A DNA stretch of 64,000 bases from Antedon mediterranea (taxonomy: Eukaryota; Animalia; Echinodermata): NCBI RefSeq assembly GCF_964355755.1, contig NC_092673.1, positions 16,092,948-16,156,947 of the forward strand. The letters run 5' to 3'. Each line of letters opens with the position of its first letter. Position 1 is the first letter of the stretch. Below are positions 13,701-27,250 of this stretch, piece after piece. The translations under genes were made by a program, and so were the position numbers. A model generated the notes under the pieces. It worked only from the letters and a program-made list of their open reading frames with translations, was not told where the DNA came from and did no database searches.

Positions 13701-16700
13701 TATACCATGGTATACATCGCGTAAGTAATTTTAAGTGATGTTTTATTGGGGAGGTGTTGGGCGTTTATTCAAATAAATACCATCCTAATTGATATAATTA
13801 ATACATTATTTTAGTTTAAACATCTTTTGAAACTAACTTCCGCGACACAGCGGGCCATTTTGGCCTAAGACGGAAGAAGTTTTAGACGGCTTGCAACATG
13901 GGAAGAAGTATATCCTATGGTCCTAATGAGACACAGATAGGGAAAAGTTATACAGACCTGCCAGCTTATTAAACAACTCGGCTATTGGGATTCACTTGAT
14001 TTTAAACAAAAGGTCTTATCATCAGTTCTCCTGATGTAATTTTATATTCTATTCCCCACAATATAATCCGATGCTTTATGAGGGATCTTTATTAATTTTC
14101 AGTATGTATAATTCTTATTTTGCTAGCTACTGTACCTTCACACCCGCAGTCCGAAAATAAAGAAAAAACTCAAATGGCTATCGCCACCAATGGCCAACTT
14201 AGTTACAAGATGTTGACTCACTGTGAACCCGGAACTAACTTTATCGCCGACACTTAAAAATCTACCGATGAAACCCAACATTTCGTTTTAAAACCCTCCA
14301 TGATATCTTCCTAAGAGAGAAATATGGAGCAATATCGTATAGGCCTGCTAAAATGTAGAATATACCTATCGCGGTACACATGTAACAGCTAACAACTAGG
14401 GTAACCAACACAGAGTTGGTGACACACGTTTTACACTGTGTCTACCTATTCCAGAAATAAGCATAATTTATATATAGATGCAGACATTGCTGAGTTTCTA
14501 CACAAAGGCTCTGCTGTAAGGAGTATTCAAATAGTTCACTACAAAAAGATGATGTTGGCCACTTTGACTATGAGAACAATGTAGTGCTATGGAAATACAA
14601 AAATACATTACATTTTAGTGAAAAATTCTTGCTAGTACTTACTTGTCTCATCTGCCATTTCCTCTTTTAGTTCAGAATATGTATTTATATTGTTTAATCT
14701 ATATAGCATAACTCTCTTTTTCCTTCCTCTTCTTTTACCAACATATCTTTTCTATCACTATTTTCAATAGTCCTCCTTCTCTCCTTTCACATCTATACAA
14801 ACTCTGTACGTGACACACATGATTTTAGTTTTCCTATTATTGATCTTTATTCCATAATTTTTTTTTTCTGCTTCATTTATTCTATCCATTAGTATTATTA
14901 TTATTCTTTTACAATTGATATTCAGTATATACAGTAAATCCTATTAATCTATAATTTCTGTTTTTAATCTGTACTAATTATAGTCTTCTGAGGTGAGTTA
15001 TTGCTTAGATATAGATTTTGGAACATTTCTACAAATATTTTGTTTATTTATTTGTACCAGAGAAGAAGTGTTTGGTAAATAGAGTAAAACAGTTTATTAA
15101 TGAACTTGTATGTTCTTTAAAGAACCATTTGTCTAAATATCAGTTGTACAGTATAATCAGTAAATTTCATGCTTTTTGCAGATGTTCATGACAGTAGAAG
15201 CACTTTACATTATAGTATTCAATCTCAGTGTGAACCTTGAGGATCGTGCTATTTTCATTGATGCAAATGGAGTAAGTATTTGTAGGCCATGTAAAGTAAT
15301 AGTTTGAGGGACCTTAATAGCAATTAACCCACTGGGCTAAACTGGAAAGGTTACCCTCTTGTTTTAAATATACATATTGTAAATATTGTGGTGGAATAAG
15401 TCTTTTCGAAAAGGAAAAAGGAAAGGATTTTGTTTCATACCTTCCAGATAAGCTTCAAATTTAATCGTGGATAAAATCATTAAATTGTATGATAGTTGTT
15501 GAATTTTTTTTTTTCAGAAAAAACGTAAACATCATTGGACCAATCTCCAGTTCATATTATCTTACATCCAGTCAGTTTATTCTCATAGTCGTATTGGGAA
15601 AGAAAACAAAGAAAAGGGAGTTCATAAACCAACTATCCTTATTGTGGGTACACATAAGGGTAAGCTTAGTTGGTTTAAAAAAAAACAAAATGCTGAGGTA
15701 AATACTCAATGCTTCCATTTTTATGTTTACTGAAATTACCACAACTAAGCATACATGTCAGATCTATAATAAGCAAATGAGTACTAGAGTAGTGCATCAA
15801 TTAATTTGATTACTTAAGTCTATCGTGCGATTATTAGCAATATAGTAATCCCAGAGTCTATCATAAAGAAGTTTTTGAATATTAATTTATAAATTTGTTA
15901 TTATTAGGCAAAAAAGGTATTTAAAAAGCTTCGAACTGCACTTAAAGAGAAACTGTATGAAGAACATGTATATCACCGATATTTTGCCATCGAGAACAGT
16001 AAAGAAACTACAGATGAAAGCTTTAGTGAACTCAAAAAGGTTATTGATGAGTTTATGTCAGATTTAGAAAAGCCTGTTCCTTTGAAGTGGATGCGTTTTC
16101 GATGTGGCATACATAATCTAAGGAGAGAAAAACACTTTTCTTTGTGTCCTGTTGAAGAGGTAAGTTTAGTGTTTTGTTTTGAGAATAGAAATGTGTTTAA
16201 AATAATATCTAAGAAAGCATAAACAAAAAAACAATTATTATTAGTAAATTTTAAAAAGATATCAATCTAATGCACTGGACTTACTTGTTTAGAAACAGCA
16301 ACGTTTCACGACCGATCAAGGTCGTATCATCAGGCCGAATGATGGAATTGTGGCATTTGATCAGTGCTGTTAGTAAAGGAGGAGCTGTTAGTAAAGCATC
16401 TAGATATTTTGTTGATAGCTGAATTGAAAGTACAAAATCCCTAGACGCTTCACTAACAGTTCCTCGACTCTGTCACGGGTCACTGACCAAACGCCACAAT
16501 TCCATCATTTGGCCTGATGATACGACCTTGATCGGTCGTTTAACCTCGCTGTTTTTAAACAAGTAAGTCCAGTGCATTAGATTTATATCTTTTTAAAATT
16601 GATACTACCTGGATGAATGAGAATATTCATATCCATATTATTAGTAAATATAATAATATTGATTGGTAATATGGTCCTAACCATGTCTGAAGAATTATGA

Positions 16701-18927
16701 GCCAAACCTAGTAATATTACATGGAATATTCACAGCAATGTTACCATTCTAAAAGAGCAATCGTATAAACAATTGTATATCCCCCAGCTGGCCGTGTGTT
16801 CCTTCAGATCCAACATTTTCCAGTAAATTTTATCAAGTAAATGACAAAAAAATGACAGTATTTATGCAGAACTTTTTATATGGTAATTGTAAGATTTTAT
16901 GCCATAAAGGACAAAAATAATGTTATAAATGTATACCTACCTATGATTTTATATTTTATTTAAATTTGAATAGTAATTAATATTTTTCTTTAGCTTAAAA
17001 CGCTGGCAAGTGAGAATGGTATTGCAGATGAAAAACAACAATCAATCCTTCTTAACTTCCTGTATGATCTTGGTGAAATTGTTTACATGCCGGACAACAA
17101 ATTATTAAAAGATAAAGCGGTGTTAGATCCAATGCAGCTGGTTGAAATTGTCACGGCTTTTGTAACAGTCATTCCACCAGAAGATCCAGTAAGTAGGCTC
17201 ATAAAAATGTTAATGCAGTGTTGCTTGGGAAAATAATAGTACATGTGAATTCCTATAGGCACTGTAGTATCAACAGCAATATTTATCCATGTTCTGGTGG
17301 GGTTTTTTTCAACAGAATTCCTGCATCTCTTTTCAGATTCTAAATTGTTTGATAACTTAATAAACACAAAATCATATGTATGGCTAATTGGCGGTATTTT
17401 TTTTAGCTGCCCATATTTAGGAAGGCTTTTGATAAACTTGACAAGGGCATACTGGAAGAAGACTTGTTGCGTGAATTATGGAAAAAGCGTAAAGTTGACG
17501 AAGGAAAGAATTTTGAGTTTCTTGTAGCACTGATGATTAAATTAGGTTTCATTTGTGAAAGGAAGACAACCAACAGCCAAGATAGGGCAAGTACATCTAT
17601 AGTAAGTTATCTTTTCTAACATGTTATGTTTTGCATGAAGCTAATGTGAAAAAATGATTTTTTATAAGATACATAATTGGTGAAATTTTACATAAAATTT
17701 CTAAATATTTGTAGGGTTATGACATATTTTGGTTAAACGTCCTGCTGAAAGATGTTTTTAACATGTACAGGAAATGATCTTCGTTTTCTTATTAAAAAAA
17801 ATTTAAATGGCATTTTACAAATCAACAATTTCAGGAATCTGTTGGAAAGCGATCATTCTTTGTGCCACTACGCCTTGCTTTCAAGACATCAAGTGAAGTA
17901 AAACCAGTGCCTGATGATTCACAATCTATCAGTATCTACTACGACTTTAAGGGATATCTGCCAGATGTATTGTTTCCATATATGATTATTGATTTCCTCA
18001 ACAAATTTCAAATGAAAGGTGTTGACCCAATACTCTTGTATAATCATGCTGAACTTGACTTCAACCAAGATCATCATGTGAACTTATCTCTTGTCAAATT
18101 TGTGACTATGGACGATGAAAGAAAGTTCTTGTTAAAGGTACTGTATCATATAATTTGTTGTGAATAAGTTATGATTTAATAATAAAAACTTAAATTCAGA
18201 TATCAAAACATTTCTTTTCTTCCTTTTTTAGGTGACTATTAAAAGAACTCCTGCTTCTAATGAAACAAGTAATGATGAACCCTCTTCTGAAGCATGTAAA
18301 GAGGTTTGTTATTTCATATATCAATATTGAAAACTATATCATTTTTTATAGATGTTTTTGTTGATTTGTTTTTTTGTAATTATGACATAGTTTAAAATAA
18401 CTTAAATATTTAAAATCATGTTTGTGTAGTTTACTTGATGCGTAATATAATTTGTAATTTTTATTGATATACATTATTAATTGAATATTAAATAGATTAT
18501 TGACAATTGATTTATAAAAACAATACATCTTTAACAAATTAATGATATAATCTTAATATTATATCAATTTAAAATACAAACAACTGAAAGTACAGTTATC
18601 AAAACTAGTTTATAAGTGATTTTTACTGAAATGTAGATTTTAAAATTTGTGCTATATTGTTTGTGTTAATTGCATGTTGTTGGAAATTAACCTTCAATTT
18701 ATATTGTTAGGTTTTGTTAACGATCCAGAAGTCATTTGAACCTTCTCAAGATGGTGGTAGAAGAGGGATTCAATATGAGAGATGCATACTTTGTGATGTA
18801 TGTAGTGATACATCAGAACAGAAGCACATTCAAAATCTTGGTGATTTCCACGACGAGAAGTTGAAATGCTCCAAAACTGGCACGTATATGAGTATGGATG
18901 TTACACGTTACAAGCGGCTATTTGAAG
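10758..18927 (+). CDS. Roco GTPase gene 1, ROC-COR module B (13 exons)
   Basis: Exons 10758-10923, 11153-11238, 11605-11669, 11823-12210, 13578-13720, 15182-15271, 15518-15697, 15908-16159, 16994-17188, 17407-17601, 17835-18137, 18232-18303, 18711-18927 splice into one open frame. Motifs: GQEGVGKT, VTDGI, WDHGGQ, VGTHKG, VPLKW, FLYDLGEI, LRELW, FFVPL. Confidence 0.9.
11913..12170 (+). repeat. 27-bp coding minisatellite, about 9.5 units, (D/G)NHSKDDDH
   Basis: g(a/g)caaccacagcaaagatgatgatcat repeats inside exon 11823-12210. Confidence 0.95.
16252..16630. mobile_element. Penelope-like terminal fragment in inverted (fold-back) arrangement
   Basis: About 120-bp arms 16252-16366 and 16480-16596 are reverse complements and carry a CTGATGA-stem-GAAAC motif. 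Duplicate at about 61297-61680. Confidence 0.6.
16296..16340 (-). ncRNA. Minimal hammerhead ribozyme core (Penelope-type)
   Basis: Minus strand reads cCTGATGAt-acgacc-ttgatc-ggtcgt-GAAACg. I did not confirm stems I and III. Confidence 0.5.
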
Positions 18928-19511
18928 GTAAGAGTATCAAAACAGACAATTGTATTTTCATTCATTTTTATTACCCCTAACTATAGTAAACAGTGTGAAA
19001 CTAGAGAGTCAGTCAGAAACTACTAAACAAGATTATGATAACTTATGCTTCAAATGTACAATAATATACAAATAATGAATGTTTATGAGTTGGATGGTGA
19101 AAATATTTCATGAGTTGAAAGATTGAATGCTCTAATTTTAACGAGGCAGAGCCGAAATACAAAACATTTATTTTATTCAATTTATTGATCGTTAATCATT
19201 GACAAATGCTAGGCCATGAAGCTAGGCCATTCAAAAAGACAGTGCTCCAAATTTGAACACGTAGTAGAACATTTATAGACGGTGCTCAGAACAAGTTGAT
19301 TTTCAAACCCAATCAGCCAACAATGAATCCATTCAGCAAATAGAAAACATATTTAATTTTAAGAAAAATGTTAAATCACATTTCTGTTCAATCAAATAAC
19401 TATATAAGTCAATCATAGTCTTTTAATTTAACTTGTTTTATTATATTATTGTTTTTGTTATATTTACGTGTTAAATGCAATACTTAGTAATTTTTATATT
19501 TTTTATTTTAG

Positions 19512-19543
19512 ATCGTAAAAGGATCCCAATGGAAATAAGCTAA
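19512..19543 (+). CDS. Candidate short terminal exon (soluble isoform, DRKRIPMEIS*)
   Basis: T-rich tract plus AG at 19510-19511, phase 1 matching the donor at 18927, TAA at 19541-19543, AATAAA at about 19649. Confidence 0.5.
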
Positions 19544-19846
19544 TAAGCTTTTTGGGCTATCCTGGAAAATCTTTTATAAATGTATTATTTGTAATGTCCG
19601 TAATTTATGTTATCACTTTGTATATGTATTTTTTATGATGATTTTCCTAATAAATTCAAATCAAATGTCGCGTTGCAAAAATTCTCAAATTGTTTCCAAA
19701 GAACTGAAAGTGCGTTAAAGCATCATTTGGAATTAGCCCTAACTAACTTGTTTATAAAATAAATTGTTGCATTCATGACTGTGTTTGAATGTGATGTGAA
19801 TTTGAGTATCTATTGAATATATTGTTATATTTTTCAGTAAATACAG

Positions 19847-19876
19847 ATGTTGCTGGAACATCAAGTTCAAACCAAG
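19847..19876 (+). CDS. 30-nt phase 1-1 linker micro-exon (DVAGTSSSNQ)
   Basis: atacag|at gtt gct gga aca tca agt tca aac caa g|gtatgt. Confidence 0.65.
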
Positions 19877-21025
19877 GTATGTTATGTCTTTTATTATTAT
19901 TATAATGAAGTAAGTCAATTAAGACAGAAAAGGATTTTGTGTTATAACCAATTGCATAATATATGGCCATGCTGTATGTAGCATGTTTAAATAGTACATG
20001 CTTATAAAATAAAGGAAGAGCATATCTTTTTGAAATAGACGTCATCTCATTTTGATCATTTTAAACAGTGGTAATTAAGAAGCCAAACAATTAATGATAA
20101 AATCATTACTTTCTCTTATTTTAATTATTTAAAATTATTTTAACACAAAAACATGATATTGATAATTAAGATAATGTAATGAGTGTAAGTAGGTTTACTG
20201 TAGTTTTTTAATTAATATATTAATTATATTTACAGTAAATATAAAATTATTATAGTGTTTCATTTATTTATATTCTAAAAACAATGATTATGATTTTACC
20301 AATAATTCAATAATAATTATACTATTGGCTAGAGCTATCAAACTGACGTTTTCAAGACTGATTTAGGGATTGTTCTTTTTTTTGATGACCACCAGAATCT
20401 CGCACACAAAAACAGCAGCTTCAGTTAATGCAGCTATAAACATTTTTTTATAGCAATTATATAACAAAACTGCTTATAATTATTGACTGCTTTTTCATCG
20501 TTCAGTATATTTATATCTCTCGCCTCGTGATCCAAACGGAAGCCACATGGCCGTGTGCTGAATACGTAATTGAAAAGTTTTGTTGTATTCAAACGTTGAG
20601 AGCGCTACTCCATGTTGATCACATAATGTTCATTATTCACTTGACCGTTTATTAAAATAGTATTTTTTGCAACTTTACTAAACTAGGCCTGGGCCTAAAT
20701 GATAAAAGATCGGTCGGGTTGCAGAAAAATAGTTAACATGGCTGTTAAATTTTAGTGAGGGTGGGGGCTAAAACCCGTCTAAATTTAAATATAAGAGAGT
20801 GATAAATGATACATGATGATGAAACTGACTGGAAATCATTCTTATGGTTTAACCATCACATTTAATCAATTCAATTCAAGAAACATTTATTGACCAAAAA
20901 TATTATATCATAACAATGGCATATAATATATATAGTCGAGAGACTACAAAAGGCCCGATGGGCCTGTCGCTGTAGTCCCTCTTTACATTATACAAATAAT
21001 AATAATACAACACCTTCTGGTACAG

Positions 21026-21073
21026 ATACAGCTTCTGGTGCAGGTGCAGATTCAGCAGAAGCCATTCTGCAAG
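21026..21073 (+). CDS. 48-nt phase 1-1 linker micro-exon (DTASGAGADSAEAILQ)
   Basis: tacag| ... caa g|gtaac, open frame, GC-richer than its flanks. Confidence 0.6.
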
Positions 21074-21993
21074 GTAACAACATTAAAAAAACTGGTATTA
21101 TTGAAATTTAGATGTTTTGCGCCGTGGACAATTTCGAAAGAAATATATTGAATTTTATTGAATATTGAATTTCTAAAAATATTCTTTAACACACTGTATA
21201 TAGGTATATATAGGTAAAAAGCATTTTTAGCAACTTTTTTCATTTTTAACTGTTCAAAAGTAGATGGCAAAACTAGATAATTAACTTTCAAAATGACGTT
21301 AGTAGCAATATATTATTGTTTTCTTGTTTATCAGTGTTTGACTGCTGGCTATGTAGTGTTTACATTTATATCCTATGTAACTGTTACCTCTTGAAATTTT
21401 TGTGTTTTAATCCATGATACACTTTCTTCAAGGTAATTCAGTGATCATTAATTTACTGCCCAGTCCAGAAGGTATGTTGCATCATGTATTTCATTCTTTT
21501 GATTTATTTATTTGACAGTAAAAATGAAAATAATTGAAGCAGGAAAAAAAAGTTTTAAATAATATAAAACTTATTTCCATTTGGGACCCTAACAATTAGA
21601 ATCTAGAAAATATAACAATTGATAAACATGGATAAAAAACTGCAAGCTCAAGAAAACAATAACATACAATATTAACAATATACACAAATTCATAAAATGT
21701 TGTTGGTACAAAGGTGAATTCCAATTTGGTTTAAATGTGTGTATGTTGGTGATTGGTTTAATTATCCTGGGTTAATGAATTCCATGTCTTTTACATTGTA
21801 GTATAAGCTAGATTGTGCCCTGTGCTACTAACATGTGGAAACTTAATGTACATTAGTGAAATAGATAAAACCTAAATCGAGCCAGATTTTAATCTTTGAC
21901 TCCATACGCATGGCTATAGATCCTTCTGTGAGTCAATGTTTAAACAATATACTGGCAATAAATCAACTGTTTAACTACTGCTTGCAATTACAG

Positions 21994-24504
21994 GTTCAAG
22001 TTCAAGTTCAGAACAACATCATAGAAGGTAAATATTTTTTTGATTAACACCACTCTCTTATTACCACACTCGGACTGGTAAAATGTAATTACAGTCTTAC
22101 AGTTTTAACTATAGAGCTACAGCCACTACCGTATAACTCCTATTTAGGGGTGTTCCTTGAATATAAAAATCCCCCTTTTTGTTTTACGGGAAAAACTGTA
22201 ATTTTTTTCACTAAAAAATGTGTACGCATACATAGTGAATGAGTGGCCCATCGGTTAAGACAGTGGAACCGTAAGACATAGCCATAACATCGGCAAGGGT
22301 TCCAGGCTCATTCACTTTATGGTTCAGGTGGTAGAACAATATAAACTGTAGAGTTCCAGTGTACACATCTGGCTCTTTTGCACTTTAAAGAACCTAGTAC
22401 ATCTTTCAAGACGAATAGGGGTTACCCCGGTGTACTAGTATACACACACACACACAGCAACTGTCATATACAGCCACTTATCTAGGGAGCCGCACATCCT
22501 TTAGGGACAAATGAATAAAATAGAAATAAACAAAAATACTTATTGCTGTATGCATGTGATGGTGTTTCTGTGGGATCTCCACTTGTCCTAGTATTACCTA
22601 TATTTAATGACGGAATTGAAAAAGTAAAGTCGGTCTTCCAACAAAGAAAATATTCTCTCCAATTCAATGAATACACAACATTCATTTTTGTCTGTTTAAT
22701 CCCTACTGTCTTAAAGCAGTTATGTAATCACAACAAAATTGACCACTTCAACCTTGAATTTGATGTCAAGGCAAGGTGGCTGGAAGAATGGCGGCGCTCA
22801 AATATTCAATTATTAGGTTTTGGTTGGATTATTCGTTGGTCCATCTCATAGCACAAATTTTCTTGTTTCAGAAAAGACTGGTCATCCATTAGTGTCACTT
22901 TAAATGTTAAAATAATATCCTTTTAAAACAAAATCAATTTGAAAGTAAATTTATCACGATGACATCAGTTCATTGCTTGGAAGATGTATTATACTTTATA
23001 TGGCCTTGTTTCTTTTGAATAGTGTCGAATAAACCGTTTGTTTAGACTGACCGCATTTCTGCTAAATTTGTGCTTTTAAATAACTCTTTAAATTGGTGGT
23101 TAGTCGTTGACAAAATTACATTACCCAAAATGCAATGCAATCAAGCAGTCAAACATATAAGGCCCTGTTTCTGCTGCCAAAGCTGCTGTTGAAAGTGAGA
23201 GGCGTAAAACTTCCTTTATTGCGACTTTTAAATATCGAACAAATAAATGAATGGCAATTTAAGTAAAAAGGATGAATTTTAAAATGACCACCAAAGAAGT
23301 ATTGTTAGCAGAAAAGGGGTACTAAAAATACCATATTTTGAGCAGTTGCAGCAGAAACAGGCCCTAAGATTCTATATACAATAAAATATTATTTTGCATT
23401 GCAGCTAAGTAGCACAGCAATAACCAGTTAAATGGCATTCTAGCCTCCAATCATTTAAGCCCGTTTTTCTGTCGATCGTTAAGTTGCGTTCAGTTTAAAA
23501 TCGTTAACGATTAACAGGAAAAGGGGGTAAAAATCAACTTTAAAAATCATTAAAATCTGCAATAGTTAACAATTACGGTTGTTACGATCGTTAAAACTGA
23601 CCAATCAAATGGTCCACAAATTACATCATTGCAGTTTGTGAAAAAAATAGGTATGCGCTGACAATTCTTGAATTTTTACAACGCGACGATGTTTTTCACT
23701 TCATTGTACACTTTCAAGGCATGATATTTCAAAACAACAAGTGCAAGTCAAATTAAATTATAATATTACAACAATTAAATTTAATGTGTGTCTTTAATGA
23801 AGGCGTAGATTAAGATATCAACGAAAGCATGTCCTAGGCTGGGTTGAAGCATCAAAACCCGTAACTTTTTCAATTTTCACGTGGCTGGCCTTGGTTTTGC
23901 AACACTTCACGTCCGCGTGTTCCTGCAACGCTCGGAAGAACCAAGAAACTATGAATGATCGCGTAAAATATGTGTAAATATTAGCGGTCTGGCTTGATCA
24001 TCGTCATTATTATTTTATTTTCAACTTTACCGATTTTAAACTCGACGCAACTAAATGATTGACAGGAAAACAGGCTTTATGTATTTTTTACTGTTATTTT
24101 CACATTACCATTTATAAATGCCAGTTAAAAGTGGTTATTCCCATTTCTGCTGCCAAGAAATTTGGGGTAATTAATTCACACAGTTATTAATACATTTTTT
24201 TGTGTTACTGCATTCAAATGGTTCAATAACTTTTTATTTATTATTTCACACCTAAGAACATATGAAATGATTCCCATTTCAATGATTGAGAGTACAATGA
24301 TGATGTGCTACTGCTGGTGAATAATGTGTGTTTAAATACCAACCAATGTGAAAGGGAACATTTTGAATGCCTTCCTTCCACATTCCATTGGAGTTCACTC
24401 CATTTAATAGAAAGTCAATCTATCATTCATTATAGTCATATACTAATTATGTGTACATCTTTATTTATAGGCTGACTAAAAAGGACATTTTCAAAGGTAA
24501 TTTA

Positions 24505-24538
<34 letters not shown>

Positions 24539-25199
24539 CCAAAGGCAAATTACTACTTGTCAAAAAAACTTCATTTTTGAACAAGAGGCAAGAGTTATAA
24601 TTTGTGATTTGTAATTTTAAAACATAATTTGATTTAATGGGCAATTTTTTTGCTGGGAGTAGTTTAAAAAACCTATTTCTTTTCAAATTCACTCGTTTGA
24701 TTTTCGCGTTGCTGTTCTATTGTTAGTCAACTGAAGCTATTGTTAATTGAAAGGCTTGTTACATAACCATTGCACCAAACTCGCATACACATGCTTGTAA
24801 TGATATTAGCCTAAATCACAAACAGCATTAAGACACACACAAATATATATATTTTTTTTTTATCGGAGAAATCTTATGTAGGAGAATTTTACAGTAGGCG
24901 GAGGTATGCACTCTCGGAGTGGCTTTCTAGTTATTAATTGCAACAATTTTTTTTGTAGTCCCTAAATTGATAGAAAAATTTAAACAAAACAGGGAACCTT
25001 TCTCATAATTTCTCTTTTAATTTCAGAGTGTATTATTCTGGCAATTTGTTTGCTTTTGGTCATAGTCATGGTAATCTTGATAAATGAATATAAAGAAATA
25101 GCAGATGCTGTCAGTAGCATAGTATTGGCTGTAACTGTGGTGGGATATGGCTTATATGTATGTAGAAAAATATACTCTTATCATCGGAGAGAGCGATAA
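21994..25199 (+). CDS. 3' cassette 1: two micro-exons plus a terminal exon with two predicted TM helices
   Basis: 21994-22027 (phase 1 to 2), 24471-24496 (2 to 1), 25027-25199 encoding ECIILAICLLLVIVMVILINEYKEIADAVSSIVLAVTVVGYGLYVCRKIYSYHRRER*. Confidence 0.75.
22240..22520 (+). mobile_element. tRNA-derived SINE
   Basis: A-box-like tggcccatcggttaag, B-box-like ggttccaggc, A-rich tail. Copies at about 27498-27780 and (internally deleted) 36734-36900. Confidence 0.6.
23161..23364. mobile_element. PIF/Harbinger-like MITE
   Basis: TIR ggccctgtttctgctgc / gcagcagaaacaggccc, TAA on both sides, absent in copy 3 (about 37050). Confidence 0.75.
23458..24076. mobile_element. PIF/Harbinger-like MITE
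   Basis: About 30-bp imperfect TIR (agcccgtttttctgtcgatcg...), TTA TSD, empty site at about 37148 in copy 3. Confidence 0.75.
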
Positions 25200-27250
25200 T
25201 GAGACTAATTCATGTCAACTGCCTTAACTGGCAATTCAACCATCTACAATTGCTTAGAACAAGAGAAAAGACATTATAAATCAATGACTCTAGCCATCAG
25301 TGCAATCTCGGTGGTTCAGAGAGCTGTTAGTCTGGTGGTAATGGGTTTAAGTCCCACCCGAGAATTACTTTTTTCAGTGTTCTCAGTATGTACTTAGTAT
25401 AAAGTAAAGTTACGTCAGAGTAGGGCAAAAATCTGACCAATTACAAAAGACATTATTCATCTAGCTATACTACTCAAATTGTTTGTAACAGATTGTTTGT
25501 TAGCATATACTGTACAACATTCCAAAGATTGTAATTGATTTAGTAGTATTACCATGGACGAAATATATACAGATATTGTACTGTATATTTCCTCCATGGT
25601 ATTACCACCAGCTAGGAAGTCATGTTTATTTGTATATTATATATTGTTTGTTTGTATATTTGTCTATGGCAAAGGTAAAGGAATTAAATAAAACTTTGTC
25701 ATACTGTAATTCTAAAGAAGTTAAATTTGGGTCAAAGGGTAAGCTTTGCAGTTGAGCTTGACAGCTATAGACAGTAGTCCAACTCAATCAGGAATGCCGA
25801 ATCACTCGCCACATTCGAACAACTCCTCAAATGCCACCTTTTAATTTGCATTTTCAACATTTTTGCATTTTTTGTTGACTGTTCAGCGCTTAGAGACAAC
25901 CTGGATTTAGCGCTATATAAATTGAACATTATTATTAAATATAAGAAACAATAACGATTAAGTGTGTTCATTTTATTTGTCACATCATTACTTATCAGAG
26001 GCTTTATACATAGGCCTATATAATCTAGTATTCATAGGTGTGTGTTTGCTAACAGAAACCAAATCCTACTTCAAGTGCACAGACCATAGGCCCCGCTAAA
26101 TTTTGCAAATTGTAATGCAAAAGACAGGACACTAATTTTAGTCATGGTAATGAGTTGCTTATTTCTTGATCATTAACTTTTATTATTAATTTCAAAAGTT
26201 AAAAATGTTAAAAAATAACTTTATACATGAAAAAGATGCTTAGAAAGAAATAGGCTCACATGTTTAACAACAGCAACCATAATTTCCCACTTGACACAAT
26301 TTATTGTGGAGGACAGCAACACCATTGGAAGCACAAAATCAAAAATAAAACATTATTATTAAATAAATATATTATTAGTTGTACAAGTTGAAATTTTAAT
26401 TTGTAAGGAAAAAATATTTTGGGATGGGCAATTTTTTGAATGATTGTGCATTAAAAACAAAATATACACACTACAAGGCTATTGTTAAGAGATGAAAAAT
26501 GTATTATAAATTATAGAAATATAATGTTGTTAGCCATTTTACCATAGATAAATAATTTTATCAACCCGGAGTTACCCTTTAAAATTTCTTTGATGTTGCT
26601 GCTTTTTAGACATAAACGTTGATTGCGCCCTCAATAAAGTTCAGTTCAACTATGCGTAAAACCATAGTTGCCATTTATATTTATTTATTTCGTTTTCTTT
26701 CAGTAGGGTAGCCCTCTCCGTAATAAAATAAAACTGCTCTTCCGAGGGGGCCTACGACACATTTAAACATAACTTTTAAAACAACTTAAACTAAACTCCA
26801 AAGCATGTTATTAGGTGATCATTTAGAATAAAATGATCACCTATTGTTATAATTAGAATCTAGAAAATATAACAATTGATAAACATGGATAAAAAACTGC
26901 AAGCTCAAGAAAACAATAACATACAATATTAACAATATACACAAATTCATAAAATGTTGTTGGTACAAAGGTGAATTCCAATTTGGTTTAAATGTGTGTA
27001 TGTTGGTGATTGGTTTAATTTGCCTGGGTTAATGAATTCCATGTCTTTTACATTGTAGTATAAGCTAGATTGTGCCCTGTGCTACTAACATGTGGAAACT
27101 TAATGTACATTAGTGAAATAGATAAAACCTAAATCGAGCCAGATTTTAATCTTTGACTCCATACGCATGGCTATAGATCCTTCTGTGAGTCAATGTTTAA
27201 ACAATATACTGGCAATAAATCAACTGTTTAACTACTGCTTGCAATTACAG

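Larger units (their letters stand above)
21593..25895 (+). repeat. Segmental repeat unit, copy 1 (copy 2 about 26851-36063, older copy 3 from about 36064)
   Basis: Near-identical sequence, including introns and nested MITEs, between copies 1 and 2. Copy 3 is diverged and lacks two MITEs. Confidence 0.9.

Noticed and set aside
886-18927. Assignment as LRRK2, DAPK1 or MFHAS1
   Set aside because: No kinase, LRR, WD40 or death domain is visible in the window, so orthology cannot be supported
21405-21432. Additional micro-exon ending caag|gtaatt
   Set aside because: A donor is present but there is no acceptor AG at the expected position
22240-22320. tRNA gene
   Set aside because: No cloverleaf. 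A/B boxes are followed by a repeated body and tail, which indicates a SINE.
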